Position numbers and translations under genes: made by a program. Positions 59,436 through 64,000 of a DNA stretch of 64,000 bases are shown here, piece by piece. The notes beneath the pieces are model-generated. The model saw only the letters and a list, made by a program, of their open reading frames with translations, was not told the origin of the DNA and did no database searches. Origin of the DNA: Strigamia acuminata (taxonomy: Eukaryota); NCBI GenBank assembly GCA_949358305.1, contig OX442314.1, positions 17,608,001 to 17,672,000 of the forward strand, in the 5' to 3' direction. How positions within the stretch are numbered: position 1 is the stretch's first letter; every line of letters begins with the position of its first letter.

Positions 59436-60326
59436 CATAAAGATTATCTGCGAAATGCTTAATTTTGCAAAGAACCTCTTCAGTCGCTACTTATTTGCAT
59501 AATTTTGTTTTTTGGTTAGTTATACTAACGTTTTTATTTTTTATTTTTTTTGTTTTTGTTTTATTATTGAATGTACAGTTCTCTGTGTTAAATACAAACC
59601 TTAGACTGTCACAAAACTTATCAACAGTGGCAGGAATGAGTTCAAACAAACAAAAGTGGTGATTGATCCAATGAATATTTGATGTGGTTTCAAGTAGGTG
59701 TTTGTACATGACATAAGTAGCAGCATCAGGCGGGAATTATTTATACATTGCTTTTTATACATCCAAAAAAAAGTCTATAACAACAATTTTCGACTTTTGT
59801 AAATTTGCGGATAATAAAAACCGGACTGTAGCTGTGAAAAATAGGATTTGATATGAAAAAATGGTTTAATATAAATAAACTAACCTACTGTATTGACATT
59901 TACATTGAATTTTTGATAACATGCTGATTCATATTACAAAATGAAAGCGGAAAAATAATAGAAGAATAAATTGAAAAGTGAGGAAATTGTAGAGAGAGAA
60001 AAATAATAAAAATGGCTGCATCCCGAAAAATTGTTTCGGTATTAGAATGAGGCGAGTTACTTTTGATTTTTATTCTTTTTTTTCTTTTTTTTTTTTAATT
60101 TTTGAAACTTTAATAGAAATTGTAGGATTTTTCAAAATCTACTGATTTTGATTTCATCTTCAAAACACGACTCACATCGCACCATTGCCAGCAAGGCAAT
60201 TCACACAAGCGCAATTCAACTTACTGGTACACTACGTAAGTGTATCATAACGAGGTTTTTATAATTTCATTTGTTAACAGTTTTTTTTTCTTCTTTTTTC
60301 TTTTATTTAATTTTGTTTTAGCAAGT

Positions 60327-63300
60327 TACCACACACTGCATTTGTGAGGAGGATTCATTCTGCTTCCCGCAGGACAATCGTATGCTTTAGCAAAATCTTC
60401 CGAATTTGACAACGGTCCAAGTACTCTTAATTTTTTTTATTTATTATAAAAAGACATAAAAAAATTTAAATTGATTTAAATTCTAATTAATCCTGTTACA
60501 TTACCTAATTGGCCCAGGACTATGAACTGATGATCTTATTTTGCTAAGAGCATCTTCAGGTCTCATTGAACCACACCAAATCTAATATTACATTTTTTAA
60601 AATTGTTATTATTTATAGTTTGTGTGAATTTTTGTCAATTTTGTCAATTTTCAAATGAAGAGAACAACGATACTTACCTGAGCATAGTTTAGAAAAAATA
60701 ATTGGTCATGAGTTAGGTTAATTCCTGGTAAAGAGAATTCTCCATTCTTTGCTACTGATTTTTTGTACGCCTGCAAAGCATGTTTTGTTATTTTCCCGAA
60801 AATGAGGTATTACGACGGGTAAATTTACCCGAAACGCTTGTTTGAGGCCTCCATTATCGGCTATGTTTTCACCTTGAGTCATTTTACCATTCACCTGCAA
60901 ATCATTTCGAGAATTCAAGTAAAGATGTGCGTTTTTAGTAAATTTCTTTCTTACTGCTAGTCCAACATCATCTAGAATGTAATTAGAATATTGATTGACG
61001 ATGCATTGGGCACGCTCGGTGAAGGCTTCGATTGTCTTATTATTCCACCAATCCCTCATGTTTCCATCTTTATCAAACTGACGCCCTTTATCGTCAAATC
61101 CATGGGTAATCTCATGCCCAATAACAACTCCAATACCACCATAATTTAGAGAACTGAAAATTTAATTTAAAATTTTAAATAATAATAATAATTTGTAACT
61201 TTTCTAATTTTACGCACTTGGGAAAATGTTTGCTATAAAATAACGGTTGCAGGATTCCTGCTGGAAAAACTGCAAAAAAAAAATAGATAATTTAAATCTT
61301 TTTGTATTGACGTTGAGTGTTACCGATATCGTTGCTGTTTGGATTATAAAATGCATTCACAACAGCTGGTTCTGTTGACCATCTGGCACATAATTGTAAT
61401 TAATTAACCGTTATTGTTTTACTATTTAAAAGCAAACTCCAAACTCACTTGTCTTTATTCACAGGTTGTCGTAATTTTACTAAGCTTTTGGACGCCTCAA
61501 ATTTCATGGCATTGAGAACGTTTTGAAAAAACTGGTGTTCGTGAATTGGGAGCTGCAAATTAAAAAAGATTTTTTTTGACCAATTATTTCTCTCTATTTG
61601 CAAGTAATTGATTGATTTCTTTAATTTTACCAATTCGTATTCTTTAGTAAGATCATCTGGATTTGTTAGCAAGTCTGGATACCCAATTCTTTCATTCATT
61701 GCATTTGCCTAAATTGGACGTAATTTCAAATTAATTTAATCAATTTAATTAAGTGAATGACTAACCTTTTCCTGCGCCACTTGTCTTGTTTCATCGTCCA
61801 TCCACTCATTGTCGCCTAACAACTCATTAAAAGCGCTTCGAATGTTTTGTATCATTTCCAAAGCCTTATATAGTATAAAATTAAAATAAAATTAATAATT
61901 TTACACGTAGAAAAGTGTGTAGGCGCATTTAAACGAGGGTAATTCAGTAACACGCATCCAAAATCACTTGTTTTTCAGCGATTTTTCTTTGTGTAAATAA
62001 CGGAATTTTGAATGCACCTACTATTTGAATTTGTTACATTTTGTTTGCTTTCTGGATTGAAATTATCTTTAATGAAAAGCGCTCCGACAGCCATTCCCAT
62101 GCGTTTGTTGACCAATTCAATGCATTGGTTCCATCGAATTCTGTCTGCAGACACACCCCAAAGTACTTTTCGGAATTCCACTCTTTTTACTTGATACTTT
62201 TCATCTAGATAAGGAAGCAATTCCAACACTAAACGCCATAGAGCGTAATTGTGAATTACACTAAAAGCAGAAATATTTTATTTTGTTTTTGTAAATTTTT
62301 AAATAATTCATTACCCAAGCAAATAACTCACGTTCTGTTAGTCAACTTAAAAACACGTCCCATTTTCCGTAAATACGACATGGCATAAATAACCACGGGT
62401 TCAGTGTCGTCGATTGTGATGGGCAAAAAAGTGTTGAGGTAATTTAGCCAATTGATCTAAATTTTTAAAAAAAAATAAACTAAATAGTTACTTTCTAAAA
62501 TTTCTATCATCGAGTGATATTTAAAAGAAAATTATACTTCAGGTACTGCTTCTTGCAATTCTCGAAGTGTGACTTTGTCGTACATGGAACTCGTATCATG
62601 TCTGTCAGCTTCCGGTACTGATGCCTAGAAATTGAGATGTTTTGCATATAAAACGTTTTACTTTTTCCCTTTTATTTACGTTTGCTAATTCGATTTCAAA
62701 TTTCAAAACTTTTTTCATTTCCGTAATAGCGTATGTTTTATTGGAGCCGAGTAGTTCAGCGACATCAATCATCAATTTAAAGTACGCCTCTAATTCTCGC
62801 TTGCTGCTCTTTTTTAAAAAATAATCCCGACTTGGCAAACCTAAGGGCATCTGATCCAGCTACCAGGAACACATTTTGTTATATATTTCAAAGGTACTAT
62901 AATTTTTTTTTTAATTTTTTTTTTTAATTGTCAAACCTGAATAATATGAACGGATGAATTTTTATCATCAGGTCCAACCCATTGCTCCACACTAATTCCT
63001 AAATTGAATTCTCCTCTCAATCGACCCAGAAGAGTTTCTGTTGGCCACATGGGCGGTGTCCATTTCAGATTAGTCACAGGCCATCCGCCGAGATCGTAGA
63101 GAATTTGCCTGAGCGGGGTATCTCCAATAGCCTGTATCTGAGCTACGGAAATTGAAGCACCAGAAAATGAGTCATGTAAGATTCATTTATAACTATCTTA
63201 ATTAATTTACTTACATAAATTTAAGCAGGAACGGTAAAATATTTTCGCTTTTTTAGTGGCGTTGTTGTCCTGATTGTTAAAAGGGTCATCTAATAAACCT

Positions 63301-63977
63301 AATTTATTTTTTTTTTGAATTATTATTTTTTTTTATTTTTGAATTTAATTAATTTAAATGTCTGCCTTTTAAAATAATTTGTAGTTCGTCAGCCAAAACT
63401 TCAAAGGTGCTTATACTACTTCTATCTTCGGGAATGATATGTCTTTTGTTCCAAGAACCACATGCAAATTGAAAGAAGTCATCACACGGGTCTGCGTTTT
63501 TATCAATAGCAGCCAATAGAGATGACGCTGTAGTGCGAATAAAAGAAAAAGAGGTAAGGGAATAATAAATTGATTCGTTAATGGAATTAAAACAAACAGA
63601 ACCTGTTTTTACACATTCTTCGGTGAGGCACAGTTTCGAGTGATCTATCGATTGTGTGTTAAATTAATGAGTGGCAGTAATATTAAAGTGTCGTTTTTAC
63701 CTGTCCATAAGACGTAAAGAGAGCTAACTAAATACAGTAGTACGATACAAAAAATGATGAGAAGCGAAACGGATAGAAGGAGGAATTTTTCCAATGAAGA
63801 TCTTGTTTTGACTAGATGAGGTTGAACCAAATGAACGCTGATGGCTTTTTTCCCCAATTCCGGATCCAGTTGCTCATTTTGTAAGTTGGATGATTTTCCG
63901 TTCATAAGGGTAGTGGCACTTGCTTTCTTACTCCGCGATTCTGATTTGATGTTTACATTTTTATTCGCAGAATCCAT
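60327..63977 (-). CDS. Nep1: Neprilysin-1 type M13 metallopeptidase (canonical active site); may have further 5' exons beyond the window
   Basis: TM after [78 protein letters not shown] and [16 protein letters not shown]. Confidence 0.93.
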
Positions 63978-64000
63978 CGATAAAAATATGAGCTGAATAA

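Overview
AT-rich, gene-dense eukaryotic (invertebrate animal, probably arthropod) genomic DNA with many short (~50-100 nt) spliceosomal introns. I assembled 15 spliced protein-coding genes by hand: SLC25A36-like carrier (partial, -), PXYLP1 (+), a divergent neprilysin (-), a CAMK-like pseudokinase with an acidic/Ser tail (-), a small AT-hook protein (+), class I PI3K p110 (+), C7orf25/DUF1308 (-), a GLUT/SLC2A transporter (+), SLC25A35-like carrier (-), a 3CxxC zinc-finger RTP/ZAR1-like protein (+), a GCPII/NAALADase-like protein (-), CAPZB (+), Ephexin RhoGEF (+) and a canonical Nep1-type neprilysin (-) are supported, and one further small gene near 48 kb is uncertain. Non-coding features include a TA-flanked MITE, a decayed fold-back element and a perfect RFX X-box. 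The most notable signals are three enzyme-fold genes with altered active sites: a GCPII homologue lacking the catalytic Glu and a Zn-binding His but carrying a transferrin-receptor-like YTKW cytoplasmic motif, a neprilysin with GDNICD instead of GENIAD under an X-box, and an HLN/GLG pseudokinase. No prokaryote-type system, CRISPR array, rRNA or tRNA was seen. Exon boundaries are manual reads and need RNA-seq confirmation.
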